A program made the position numbers and the translations under genes. A stretch of 64,000 nucleotides of DNA, taken from the NCBI GenBank assembly GCA_041737255.1, contig JBGSSB010000042.1, forward strand, positions 32,129 through 96,128. The letters are read 5' to 3'. The notes under the pieces were generated by a model. The model made no database searches. It saw only the letters and a list, made by a program, of their open reading frames with translations, and had not been told where the DNA came from. Below, piece by piece: positions 10,057 to 18,206 of the stretch (its first letter is position 1; each line of letters starts with the position of its first letter). This DNA comes from Chlamydiales bacterium. Lineage in GTDB: Bacteria; Chlamydiota; Chlamydiia; Chlamydiales; FEN-1388.

Positions 10057-11194
10057 AGAAAAATCTCTACACGCTCGCCATCCATGGATATTTTCTGGCG
10101 CCATAGCTAAACTACCTGAGTTTACAGATGGGGATACACTAGCCGTACACTCATCAAAAGGTGACCATTTAGGCTTTGGCTACTTTAATCGGCGCTCAAA
10201 CATTATTGGCCGCATGCTTTCATTTACTAAAGTAGCGCCACTTGATGCACTCACAAGCCATATTAAAGATGCAATTGCGCTTAGAAAAAACCTTATCAGC
10301 ACTACGCGCACAAACGCTATTCGCCTTATCAATGCCGAAGGGGATTTTTGCCCAGGGCTTATCGTAGATCAGTATAATGATGTATTAGTTATGCAAATAT
10401 CAACACTTGGCATAGATAAGCTCAAAAGTCAAATCGTTGCTATCTTGCAAGAAGAGCTTAACCCATCATGGATTTATGAAACATCGACAAGCCCCTCAAG
10501 AAAAGAAGAAGGGCTAAATGAATGCAGGCAAACCCTTTTTGGTAAGCCTCAGGATGAAATTGCAATTCATGAAGATGGTCTAAAGTTTCTTGTAAACCCA
10601 CTTAAGGGCCAAAAAACAGGCTTTTTCCAAGATCTTCGCGAAATGAGAAAGCTTGTAGGGGAGTATTCTGCATCAAGGCGCGTGTTAAACTGCTTTAGCT
10701 ATACGGGGGCCTTTTCATGCCATGCCTTAAAGGGTAATGCTAGTCATTGTGTATCTGTAGATATATCTAAAGAGGCTATAGAGCAAACAAAAAAACATAT
10801 GGCACTTAACAATTTTGATGAGTCACGCCATTCAGAAGTCGTTGCAGACTGTTTTGATTACCTGCGCGATAATGAGCTAAACTACGACCTTATCATCCTC
10901 GACCCACCAGCATTTGCAAAACGAAAATCTGACATCCCAAAAGCCCTTAAAGGCTATCAGGAGATCAACCGCACAACCCTTGCGAAGATGCCTAAAAATT
11001 CGTTACTTCTTACCTGTTCTTGCAGCTACCATGTAGATGAAGAGCTCTTTTGTAAAATGCTATTTCACGCAAGCCGCGAGGCTAAACGAGAGTTGAGGAT
11101 AGTGCAAAAGCATAGACTAGCCTTTGATCATGCTCTTAACATATATCACCCAGAAAGTAGCTATCTTAAAAGCTATCTGTGCTATATTACCTAG
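10031..11194 (+). CDS. SAM-dependent rRNA (cytosine-C5) methyltransferase, RlmI/YccW-like (PUA + MTase)
   Basis: N-terminus [22 protein letters not shown] is typical of the RlmI family. SAM-binding region [12 protein letters not shown] and catalytic region ILDPPAF. Probable GTG start at 10031 overlaps the MFS gene 3' end; the track ORF begins at 9980. Confidence 0.75.
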   Translation: [387 protein letters not shown]

Positions 11195-11307
11195 CTTGAA
11201 AGCTGTAACCAACCCCAAGCTTTACACAAACTTGATGTGAACTTTATGGGAGCTTTGTAGTAGTAATAGAGACTTCTAAAGTCATAACAAAATAGGAGAG
11301 AGAGTCT

Positions 11308-11937
11308 ATGTCAATACCAGCAGTGTTTACCAATTTCTTGCCCGCACAAGTTACGGAGCACCTCGAAAAGGGCTGTCAAACCATATCTAAAGTAGCAACG
11401 CAGGCCCAAGGGTTATATAAGCAAACTGAAGAGCGTCTTATAACGCTACTTAAAGATACATTGCCAGAAGAAGTACACACCGTAGCCGAAAAGGTCGCAA
11501 GATCTATTCCCGAAACACTTTTTGCAGCAAGCATGCTCTCTGGATCCATGAAGCTTGCAGCCTCTATATATGGCGTAGCACGCCTTACATGGGCCGCAAC
11601 ACCTATGATCCAATCAGCACTCAATGGTGATTTTGAAGGCGAGCCTATGGAGAGAGCCGCAGGACAAGCTCTTGAGCGCCTAAAACAAATTAACGAGCGT
11701 TTTCGCCCAGCCATCTTTTTGGCATGCGCAGTTGGCGCTGTTGCCTCGACAGCACTCGGCATAGCAAGCTTTAGTCCAACACTTACGATGACGGGCGCAT
11801 TTTTAGGCATGATTAGCTACATGGCTTTTGAGTCAATACAAGAGGTTAAACAAGTAGCTCAACCAGCCCCACAACCCCAACATCAAGCTGCTGCTGTTCA
11901 AGTTGCTCAACAAAATGCTCCCGTAGGCGTAGACTAA
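11308..11937 (+). CDS. Hypothetical membrane protein with a bilobed hydrophobic domain (Inc-like candidate)
   Basis: 209 aa. A roughly 40-aa two-lobed hydrophobic stretch (AIFLACAVGAVASTALGIASFSPTLTMTGAFLGMISYMAF) and a Q/A/P-rich tail. Confidence 0.55.
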   Translation: MSIPAVFTNFLPAQVTEHLEKGCQTISKVATQAQGLYKQTEERLITLLKDTLPEEVHTVAEKVARSIPETLFAASMLSGSMKLAASIYGVARLTWAATPMIQSALNGDFEGEPMERAAGQALERLKQINERFRPAIFLACAVGAVASTALGIASFSPTLTMTGAFLGMISYMAFESIQEVKQVAQPAPQPQHQAAAVQVAQQNAPVGVD

Positions 11938-11954
11938 CTGCCTGATCTACTCTC

Positions 11955-11985
11955 ATGTGCATCTCTTGTTTCAAGAGATGCACAT
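11955..11985. other. Perfect 14-bp stem / 3-nt loop hairpin, 18 nt after the stop codon
   Basis: ATGTGCATCTCTTG-TTT-CAAGAGATGCACAT. No U-tract follows, so it is not a canonical intrinsic terminator. Confidence 0.6.
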
Positions 11986-12112
11986 CACCATAAAAAATCT
12001 AACAAAAGTCCATAAAGCAAAGCCTGGCAATAAGACTCGACTAAACGCAGATTCAGCCCTCTTCAAATTAATTCGAGATATCTATATTCTCAAATTAAAA
12101 AAGAGAAATGCC

Positions 12113-12757
12113 ATGATACCCGTTTCACGTGTTACCAGCCCAGAAACTTTCGAGCCTGAATGGGTAGGCTCTGCGCCCGAAGCTATTACAAAACGCTATG
12201 CTACCTACTATCACAACAGAAAGCTTGAAGCTGATGCTGAAGGCTGGACAAGCTGGATGGTTCGAGTTGCTGCACGGAATCTGCTTTCACTTGCCCAAGC
12301 AGGAAGTGCCTTTGTAGTTTCAGGCTACTCAGCAGTTGCGGTGAGCCTCGCAATGAAAAACGAAGTTGCCTATCACACGGCTGGCAAAGTAGTAAAGAGC
12401 GCCCATGCTGTTTTTGTAACCAAAACACGCGTGCCTATTGATCACATGCGGGTAGCTGCTACTACTGAAAAACTCCGCCGCATTGCAAGCACCGCCAACC
12501 CCGAAGAGTTCATCGAAGCCATTAAAAAATTGTACACCAAGGGCTATCTTTCATCTCATAGCTCGTATGTTTTAATGAATACCCTCAACTCCGAACTTGA
12601 ACCTGCTCAAAAAATAGAAGCCATTATTCGATTCTTGAACCGTGCCGTGAAACTAGCAGGCTACGAAGACCTTTACTACAACAACGGTAAGTGGCTTTAT
12701 CAAATACTTACCTGCATCACTGAAAAGGCAACTATTGAACAAGAAAAAACTAACTAA
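12113..12757 (+). CDS. Hypothetical protein
   Basis: The track ORF starts with GTG at 11957, inside the hairpin. The first ATG (12113, MIPVSRV...) is the more plausible start. One central hydrophobic segment. Ends inside a (CTAA)n repeat. Confidence 0.5.
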   Translation: MIPVSRVTSPETFEPEWVGSAPEAITKRYATYYHNRKLEADAEGWTSWMVRVAARNLLSLAQAGSAFVVSGYSAVAVSLAMKNEVAYHTAGKVVKSAHAVFVTKTRVPIDHMRVAATTEKLRRIASTANPEEFIEAIKKLYTKGYLSSHSSYVLMNTLNSELEPAQKIEAIIRFLNRAVKLAGYEDLYYNNGKWLYQILTCITEKATIEQEKTN

Positions 12758-12776
12758 CTAACTAACTAACTAGTAG
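12750..12776 (+). repeat. Tetranucleotide repeat (CTAA)x5 followed by CTAGTAG
   Basis: Read directly: ctaactaactaactaactaactagtag. Provides stop codons in all three forward frames. Confidence 0.95.
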
Positions 12777-12813
12777 AATATCAAATAAAAAAAACAGCAC
12801 ACTGGGGGTATCA

Positions 12814-13890
12814 ATGCATTCAGAGGTGCTACTAAGTAGTCTACAGACACTAGCAAATGCAAGTATCAATGAACAAACAGGCCAGCCACATCTTGCTAGG
12901 CGTCTTACATGGCACGGCTATACTCTTACACAAGCCGTCTACCCATCAACGTTTATAACAGCAAACGATCTGCGTCTCTTTCTCGATAAAATAATAAATG
13001 CCATTTGCCGATTAGAGCATGAAAGGCCCTTTTTATTTTTCTCAGTGCGTCTTATCGAAGAAATGACTCCACTAGAAGAGAAAATAAAAAGAGTCTGTGA
13101 GTGGCTTGTAAATCCAGCGCACGCAAATGAAGGGGAGTACTTGCTTTTGCGTAATGTGCAAGAATCGATTCCTACACGATTAGCTCTTCTCGTGCAAAAT
13201 CAGGCTTTAGAAGTCCAAAGAAAAAATGCGTGGAATCTTCTTGAGAGCCCATGTACATTCCATCACTTTTCTCAAATTATTGGCGGCAAATTCAGACAAA
13301 GGCTAGAACAGGGAATCGACCCTAAAATGCCAACGTTTGCCTTCTTGGCAATAGCCTACGCCGCATGTGGCTTTCATTTTGGAATGTACAGGTATACCCA
13401 GCTTGTGACCTATATACAAAGCCTTGAACAGGTTGATCCCTTAAGCCGCGATATGATTTTGCTCGCTGTTATCCATAGAAATATTCTTCACGCACAGCTA
13501 CTGTTACACAATCCACAAAGCAATCAAGATGCTCTTCGTGAAGCTCTAAAAGATTTTTATAGAACACGAAAAACACTTTTAGAAAAACCGACTGGCAACA
13601 TTTTAAAGCAGATGGAAATTGATAGCTATTTGTTGTCATTGTTTGTAGATTTCAAACATGAAATTGCTGGTTTTGAAGTTGTAGACCACAAAGCACGTGC
13701 GGTATGTTTGTGCGTAGGACTTGAAGCGGCAAATGAGATGCAATTACTCGAATCATTTCAAAGATGTCACAATTTAGCGACTCTACACGAGGATGTACTA
13801 GACCCCTTCGAAGAACTAAACTCTCTGCAGCACGTAGGATACTTTCGATACTTCATGTTTCACACCGGCAACCTACCTAAGGGGACTTGA
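12814..13890 (+). CDS. Hypothetical protein
   Basis: 358-aa ORF with an ATG start. No motif recognised. Confidence 0.5.
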   Translation: MHSEVLLSSLQTLANASINEQTGQPHLARRLTWHGYTLTQAVYPSTFITANDLRLFLDKIINAICRLEHERPFLFFSVRLIEEMTPLEEKIKRVCEWLVNPAHANEGEYLLLRNVQESIPTRLALLVQNQALEVQRKNAWNLLESPCTFHHFSQIIGGKFRQRLEQGIDPKMPTFAFLAIAYAACGFHFGMYRYTQLVTYIQSLEQVDPLSRDMILLAVIHRNILHAQLLLHNPQSNQDALREALKDFYRTRKTLLEKPTGNILKQMEIDSYLLSLFVDFKHEIAGFEVVDHKARAVCLCVGLEAANEMQLLESFQRCHNLATLHEDVLDPFEELNSLQHVGYFRYFMFHTGNLPKGT

Positions 13891-13896
13891 TGTCAC

Positions 13897-13938
13897 AATC
13901 GGGGTCCAATCGGGGTCAGACCCGTTAATCCGTTAATC
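13897..13938 (+). repeat. REP-like end, orientation A
   Basis: aatcGGGGTCcaatcGGGGTCAGACCCGTTAATCCGTTAATC. Confidence 0.9.
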
Positions 13939-14108
13939 TTGGAATTTTTGGCCAATTACTCCATTATACGTCTCGGCAATAATGGGCCGGATATTTTTTT
14001 CTAAGAATCACACAGATATATCCATGTATTCTGGCTATCGCTACATGATCTATAACGTAAAGAAATAATAACCCAAAAATTGTGAACACGTGACCAATAG
14101 TGCAAAAA
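13939..14108 (+). pseudogene. Remnant of a REP-associated tyrosine transposase gene
   Basis: cggcaataatgggccggatatttttttc (13974-14001) matches the intact gene's cggcaataacggccaggatatttttttc (LRGNNGQDIFF). A later fragment translates to YIHVFWL versus YIHAFCL in the intact gene. Stops and deletions interrupt it. Confidence 0.7.
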
Positions 14109-14172
14109 GATTAACGGATTAACGGGTCTGACCCCAATATGACCCCAATATTGACCCCAATATATTGACCCC
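14109..14172 (-). repeat. REP-like end, orientation B, with four GACCCC iterons
   Basis: GATTAACGGATTAACGGGTCTGACCCCaatatGACCCCaatattGACCCCaatatattGACCCC. Confidence 0.9.
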
Positions 14173-14189
14173 TCATCTTTGGTTAGAGG

Positions 14190-15386
14190 CTAGCTAGATA
14201 AAATTTGACATGCTTTCATGCGTTGTCTCAGAGCAAATATAGCAGTAGTTGTTATTGCTATAAGTAGTATCGAGATTGCATATGTAGCATTAGTTATAGG
14301 AAAAAGCAAAAGAAGTGATCCTAAAAGAGCCGAAATACTAAATTGACCTGCTCCAAGAGCAGCTGCTGCTGTGCCCGCAATAGCTTCAAATGGCTCTAGG
14401 GCAGCAGATGCTGATCCGCCTATTATGAACATTGCACCCATGCAAGCAATAATCATAGGCAGCAAAAAGCCTGTCAAGCTAGATGCCGCCAACATATGCC
14501 AGGCAAGCATGCTACTTCCACCTATAAACATAAGAAGAATACCTACCTTAAGTGTAGGCAAAATTCCTATCTTTTCAAGAACCTTCCCACTGGCAAGGCC
14601 ACCTAAGCTAATAACACACCCAAAGAGCGCAAAATAATATCCAAACTCGTGTACCGGCACACCATGAAGTGTAATGATGATAAAGGGCGATACCGATAAA
14701 AAGCAAAAAAACACAGCTTCGGCAAGTCCTGTCATGGCTGCAAAAACCATAAACTTTGGATTACTAACAACAGCTTTGTAGCGACGAAAAAGAGACCAAT
14801 CAATCTTTACTTGATTTACAGTTGGCAGTGTTTCCTGAATAAAGCGTTTTGTAATAAAAAATGCGAAGATACCAATAGCCGAAAGAAAATAAAAAACACT
14901 TTGCCAGCCAAAAAAGAAATATAGGTATCCACCTAAAATAGGTGCTATAGTTGGAGATATCCCAATAGCTCCTTTTAGAAGACTATACATTTTAGCACTT
15001 TCGTCGTTAGAGTAAAGATCTCTTACCATGGCAAATGATGTGACAAGCATTCCACAAGCGCCAATAGAGGTGAGTACACGCGCCACAATTAGTTGGGCAA
15101 TATCCCCGGCATGTGCGCAACAAAGCGCACCAAACGCAAAAAAAAGCGCAGAGGCATAGAGGGTTGGCTTTCTCCCAAAGCGATCTGCTAGCGGCCCTAT
15201 AAAAAGCTGACCTAACCCTGTAATAAACAAAAATAGACTCATTGTAAGCTGGACGAGAGCAGGCGTAGTGTCAAATATTTCAATCATTTGCGGCAGCATT
15301 GGAATGTAGATATCCAAGCCAAAGGCGAAACTAAAAACAAAAGGCGTTAGAATAGCTACTAGCTGAAATTGAGAATATTTTTTCAT
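14190..15386 (-). CDS. MFS drug-resistance transporter, Bcr/CflA family (paralog 1)
   Basis: MFS motif A GPLADRFGRKP; 12 TM segments. Start set at MKKYSQFQLV (ATG 15384-15386). The track ORF's extra 40 N-terminal codons run through the REP end and are probably not coding. Confidence 0.85.
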   Translation of the reverse strand: MKKYSQFQLVAILTPFVFSFAFGLDIYIPMLPQMIEIFDTTPALVQLTMSLFLFITGLGQLFIGPLADRFGRKPTLYASALFFAFGALCCAHAGDIAQLIVARVLTSIGACGMLVTSFAMVRDLYSNDESAKMYSLLKGAIGISPTIAPILGGYLYFFFGWQSVFYFLSAIGIFAFFITKRFIQETLPTVNQVKIDWSLFRRYKAVVSNPKFMVFAAMTGLAEAVFFCFLSVSPFIIITLHGVPVHEFGYYFALFGCVISLGGLASGKVLEKIGILPTLKVGILLMFIGGSSMLAWHMLAASSLTGFLLPMIIACMGAMFIIGGSASAALEPFEAIAGTAAAALGAGQFSISALLGSLLLLFPITNATYAISILLIAITTTAIFALRQRMKACQILSS

Positions 15387-15443
15387 AGAAAAAGAGTATA
15401 GCTGCATGTCATTTGATAGGGTAGTCATAAATTGATTCATCAA

Positions 15444-15485
15444 AATCGGGGTCAAATCGGGGTCAGACCCGTCAATCCGGTAATC
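15444..15485 (+). repeat. REP-like end, orientation A
   Basis: aatcGGGGTCaaatcGGGGTCAGACCCGTCAATCCGGTAATC. Confidence 0.9.
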
Positions 15486-15553
15486 TTGAATATTGTTAGC
15501 CGGCAAGAAATTTTATATTTACGTTTATTCGTTAAATAAATAACCTCTACTCC

Positions 15554-16513
15554 ATGAGCAGAAAGCCTCGTATTCACAAACCAGCCGGCTTTTACCACGT
15601 TATGCTACGCGGCAATAACGGCCAGGATATTTTTTTCACAGAGTCAGACCGATATCGTTTTTGTCTCTTTCTGCAAGAGGGAACTCTACGATTTGGACAT
15701 TATATTCACGCATTCTGTTTAATGACGAACCACGTACATTTGGTAATTCAGCCAGGGATTACTCCCTTGTCGCAGATTGTAAAGCGCTTAGCTTCATGTT
15801 ATGCTATGTACATAAACCGGGTTCATGCAAGAATTGGTCATCTTTTTCAAGGCAGATTTAAAGCCATTCTTGTTGATGATAGTAAATACCTAGCAGAACT
15901 TATTCGCTATATTCATCTCAATCCTGTTCGTGCTGGAATGGTAAAAGCACCCGAAGGATATCTTTGGAGTAGCCACCAGACCTACTTAGGCCTTAACCAT
16001 ATCCCGTGGTTAACTCAAGAGACGCTTATGAAAAAATTCGATAATTCTGCCACTCATTCTGCTCGTAAATGCTATCTGGCCTTTATCAACGAGGGTATAG
16101 GGCTGCCTATACCCAAAGAAGTCTACTTGGGCTTTTATCGGGGAGCTATAGTAGGTGACAATAAATTTAGCGATGAAATAGCAAAGGCTGTTCGGCTAAG
16201 CGAAAAGCAAAATTCACAGCTAACAACAATCGACATCCTGAATCAAGTAGCTTCTCTGCTGGAAATTTCGGTTGCTGCCATGCAAAGCCGTGCCAAACAA
16301 TCCAGACTGGCCCAAGGCAGGGGGATAGCAGCTCTTATCACAAAAGAACATCCCGGGCTAACCATTCAGGCATTAGCAAACGAGCTCAATAAAGACCCAG
16401 ACGCGCTCTCTAAATCAGCCATTGCAGTAGAAACAATGGCAATTCAGGATGAAAAACTTAAAGAAGCAATTGACAAGATTCGGCAACAATTAGCGAAAGT
16501 GAGCCAAGATTAA
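15554..16513 (+). CDS. REP-associated tyrosine transposase (RAYT; IS200/IS605-like HUH Y1 transposase) with a C-terminal HTH-like extension
   Basis: 319 aa. HUH motif TNHVHLVIQP (HVH codons at 15731-15739). Catalytic-Tyr motif RYIHLNPVRAGMV, typical of COG1943/RayT. The C-terminal roughly 100 aa resemble a DnaA-C-like DNA-binding domain (unverified). The stop codon lies inside the right REP. Confidence 0.85.
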   Translation: MSRKPRIHKPAGFYHVMLRGNNGQDIFFTESDRYRFCLFLQEGTLRFGHYIHAFCLMTNHVHLVIQPGITPLSQIVKRLASCYAMYINRVHARIGHLFQGRFKAILVDDSKYLAELIRYIHLNPVRAGMVKAPEGYLWSSHQTYLGLNHIPWLTQETLMKKFDNSATHSARKCYLAFINEGIGLPIPKEVYLGFYRGAIVGDNKFSDEIAKAVRLSEKQNSQLTTIDILNQVASLLEISVAAMQSRAKQSRLAQGRGIAALITKEHPGLTIQALANELNKDPDALSKSAIAVETMAIQDEKLKEAIDKIRQQLAKVSQD

Positions 16514-16554
16514 CGGATTAACGGGTCTGACCCCTATCTATGACCCCTATCTAG
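16508..16554 (-). repeat. REP-like end, orientation B, with two GACCCC iterons
   Basis: GATTAACGGATTAACGGGTCTGACCCCtatctatGACCCCtatctag. Confidence 0.9.
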
Positions 16555-17737
16555 TCTCGCACCCTATCATACGAGGTCTTAGAGCAAATATAGCCGTAGT
16601 TGCTATTGCGATAAGTAGTATCGCAATTGCGTATGCAGCAGTAGTTACATCAAAGAGCAACAGTAGCGAGCCCAAAAGAGCCGATATACTAAATTGAATG
16701 GCTCCAAAAGCAGCTGCTGCAGTACCAGCAATAGCTCCAAATGGCTCTAAGGCAGCAGATGCTGATCCGCCTATTATAAACATTGCTCCCATGCAGGCAA
16801 TAATCATAGGCAGTAAAAAGCCAGTTAAACCAGGTGTGGCTACTATAGGCCAGCTTAGCATGATACAGCCACCTATAAACATAAGAAGAATGCCTATCTT
16901 CAGAGTAGGCAAAATTCCTATCTTTTCAAGTACCTTACCACTAGCAAGGCCACCCAAACCAATTACGCATCCAAAGAGCGCAAAATAGTAGCCAAACTCA
17001 TGAACCGGAACTCCATGAAGTGTAATGATGATAAAGGGCGATACCGAGAAAAAGCAAAAAAACACCGCTTCTGCAAGCCCTGTAATGGCTGTAAAAACCA
17101 TAAACTGGGGATTGCTCACAACCTCTAGGTATCGATTAAAAACAGAACTATTGATTCTTACTTGGTTTTCGATAGGCAATGTTTCTTGAATAAAGCGCTT
17201 TGTAATAAAAAATGCCAAGATGCCAATGGATGAGAGAAAATAAAAAACACTTTGCCAGCCAAAATAGAAGTAGAGGTAGCCACCCAAAATAGGCGCAAAG
17301 GTAGGGGAGATCCCAATAGCTCCATTTAGCAGGCTATACATTTTAGCGCTTTGTTCACTCGCGTAAAGATCTCTTACCATGGCAAATGATGTAACAAGCA
17401 TTCCGCAAGCACCAATGGAGGTGACAATACGGGCTACAATAAGTCCTGTAATATCTCCAGCATATGCACAACCAAGTGCGCCAACAGCAAAGCATAGCGC
17501 AGCGGTATAAAGTACTGGTTTTCGCCCAAAGCGGTCGGCTAGAGGTCCTATAAAAAGCTGCCCTAACCCTGTAAAGAGCAAAAAAAGACTCATTGTAAGC
17601 TGGATGAGGGCAGGCGTAGTATCAAATATTTTGATCATTTGAGGAAGCATTGGTATGTAAATATCCAAGCCAAACGCAAAACTAAAAACAAAAGGCGTAA
17701 GAATAGCTACAAGCTGAAACTGAGAATATTTTTTCAT
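16547..17737 (-). CDS. MFS drug-resistance transporter, Bcr/CflA family (paralog 2)
   Basis: Colinear with paralog 1 and highly similar by eye (most residues identical), with the same MKKYSQFQLV start. Its last codons and stop lie inside the REP(B) repeat. Confidence 0.85.
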   Translation of the reverse strand: MKKYSQFQLVAILTPFVFSFAFGLDIYIPMLPQMIKIFDTTPALIQLTMSLFLLFTGLGQLFIGPLADRFGRKPVLYTAALCFAVGALGCAYAGDITGLIVARIVTSIGACGMLVTSFAMVRDLYASEQSAKMYSLLNGAIGISPTFAPILGGYLYFYFGWQSVFYFLSSIGILAFFITKRFIQETLPIENQVRINSSVFNRYLEVVSNPQFMVFTAITGLAEAVFFCFFSVSPFIIITLHGVPVHEFGYYFALFGCVIGLGGLASGKVLEKIGILPTLKIGILLMFIGGCIMLSWPIVATPGLTGFLLPMIIACMGAMFIIGGSASAALEPFGAIAGTAAAAFGAIQFSISALLGSLLLLFDVTTAAYAIAILLIAIATTAIFALRPRMIGCETR

Positions 17738-17835
17738 GGAAAAGAGTATAGCTGAATACACTTTGAGGTGGTAGCTATAAATTTAATTTATCAAAGAAAC
17801 CCCATGACTGCTCACGAAAAGGTGTACTGCTTTGT

Positions 17836-17864
17836 AAAAAGGAGCAACGGTTGTTACTCCTTTT
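17836..17864 (-). terminator. Stem-loop terminator after the 91-aa gene
   Basis: AAAAGGAGCAAC-GGTT-GTTACTCCTTTT (one mismatch). An A-run and a T-run flank the stem on either side. Confidence 0.6.
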
Positions 17865-17873
17865 AATGATTTT

Positions 17874-18149
17874 TCAAGGTCTAGAAACAGTATAGTACAA
17901 TTGCTGCCAGTTAGGAATACATTCTGATAATTCATGGTCATCAAAGATGTAGGTTCCTTCTTCTATTTTGTCGTAAATAACTTTCCAACCAGTAGGATAT
18001 CGGTAAAGCATTCCTTGCTGATCAAATGCCTTATACGACTCTATGATTGTTTTAGCAAAACCCGAACCTCTAAGATCTACCTCTTTTGCCGAGAGCGACG
18101 ATCCTACTGTGCAGGTGATGCAAAAAAGAAAAAATTGCAAAACTTTCAT
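17874..18149 (-). CDS. Small secreted hypothetical protein
   Basis: 91 aa with an N-terminal signal-like sequence MKVLQFFLFCITCTVGSSLSA. Confidence 0.5.
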   Translation of the reverse strand: MKVLQFFLFCITCTVGSSLSAKEVDLRGSGFAKTIIESYKAFDQQGMLYRYPTGWKVIYDKIEEGTYIFDDHELSECIPNWQQLYYTVSRP

Positions 18150-18206
18150 TGTTAATCCTTTTTAAATCAACCCCTCAACAACAATACTGAGGGGTTGATC
18201 ATGTAA

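Larger units (their letters stand above)
13897..14172 (+). mobile_element. Internally deleted RAYT/REP element (MITE-like derivative)
   Basis: Has the same inverted ends as the intact element at 15444-16554. They enclose only about 170 bp, which retain recognisable fragments of the RAYT 5' region. Confidence 0.75.
15444..16554 (+). mobile_element. Intact RAYT unit: REP(A) - rayT - REP(B)
   Basis: The left end GGGGTCAGACCCGTCAATCCGGTAATC is the near-perfect reverse complement of the right end GATTAACGGATTAACGGGTCTGACCCC. The ends flank a single Y1 transposase gene. Confidence 0.8.

Noticed and set aside
15387-15506. A 40-codon N-terminal extension of MFS paralog 1 in the ORF track (MPANNIQDYRIDGSDPDLTPIL...).
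   Set aside because: The extension is simply the REP(A) repeat read in frame. The paralog starts at the conserved MKKYSQFQLV, so the extension is most likely non-coding.
18166-18199. A perfect 12-bp hairpin ATCAACCCCTCA/TGAGGGGTTGAT between the GMC gene and the 91-aa gene, considered as a terminator.
   Set aside because: No U-tract follows the stem on the transcribed (minus) strand; the T-run is on the wrong side. It is noted as a structure but not called as a terminator.
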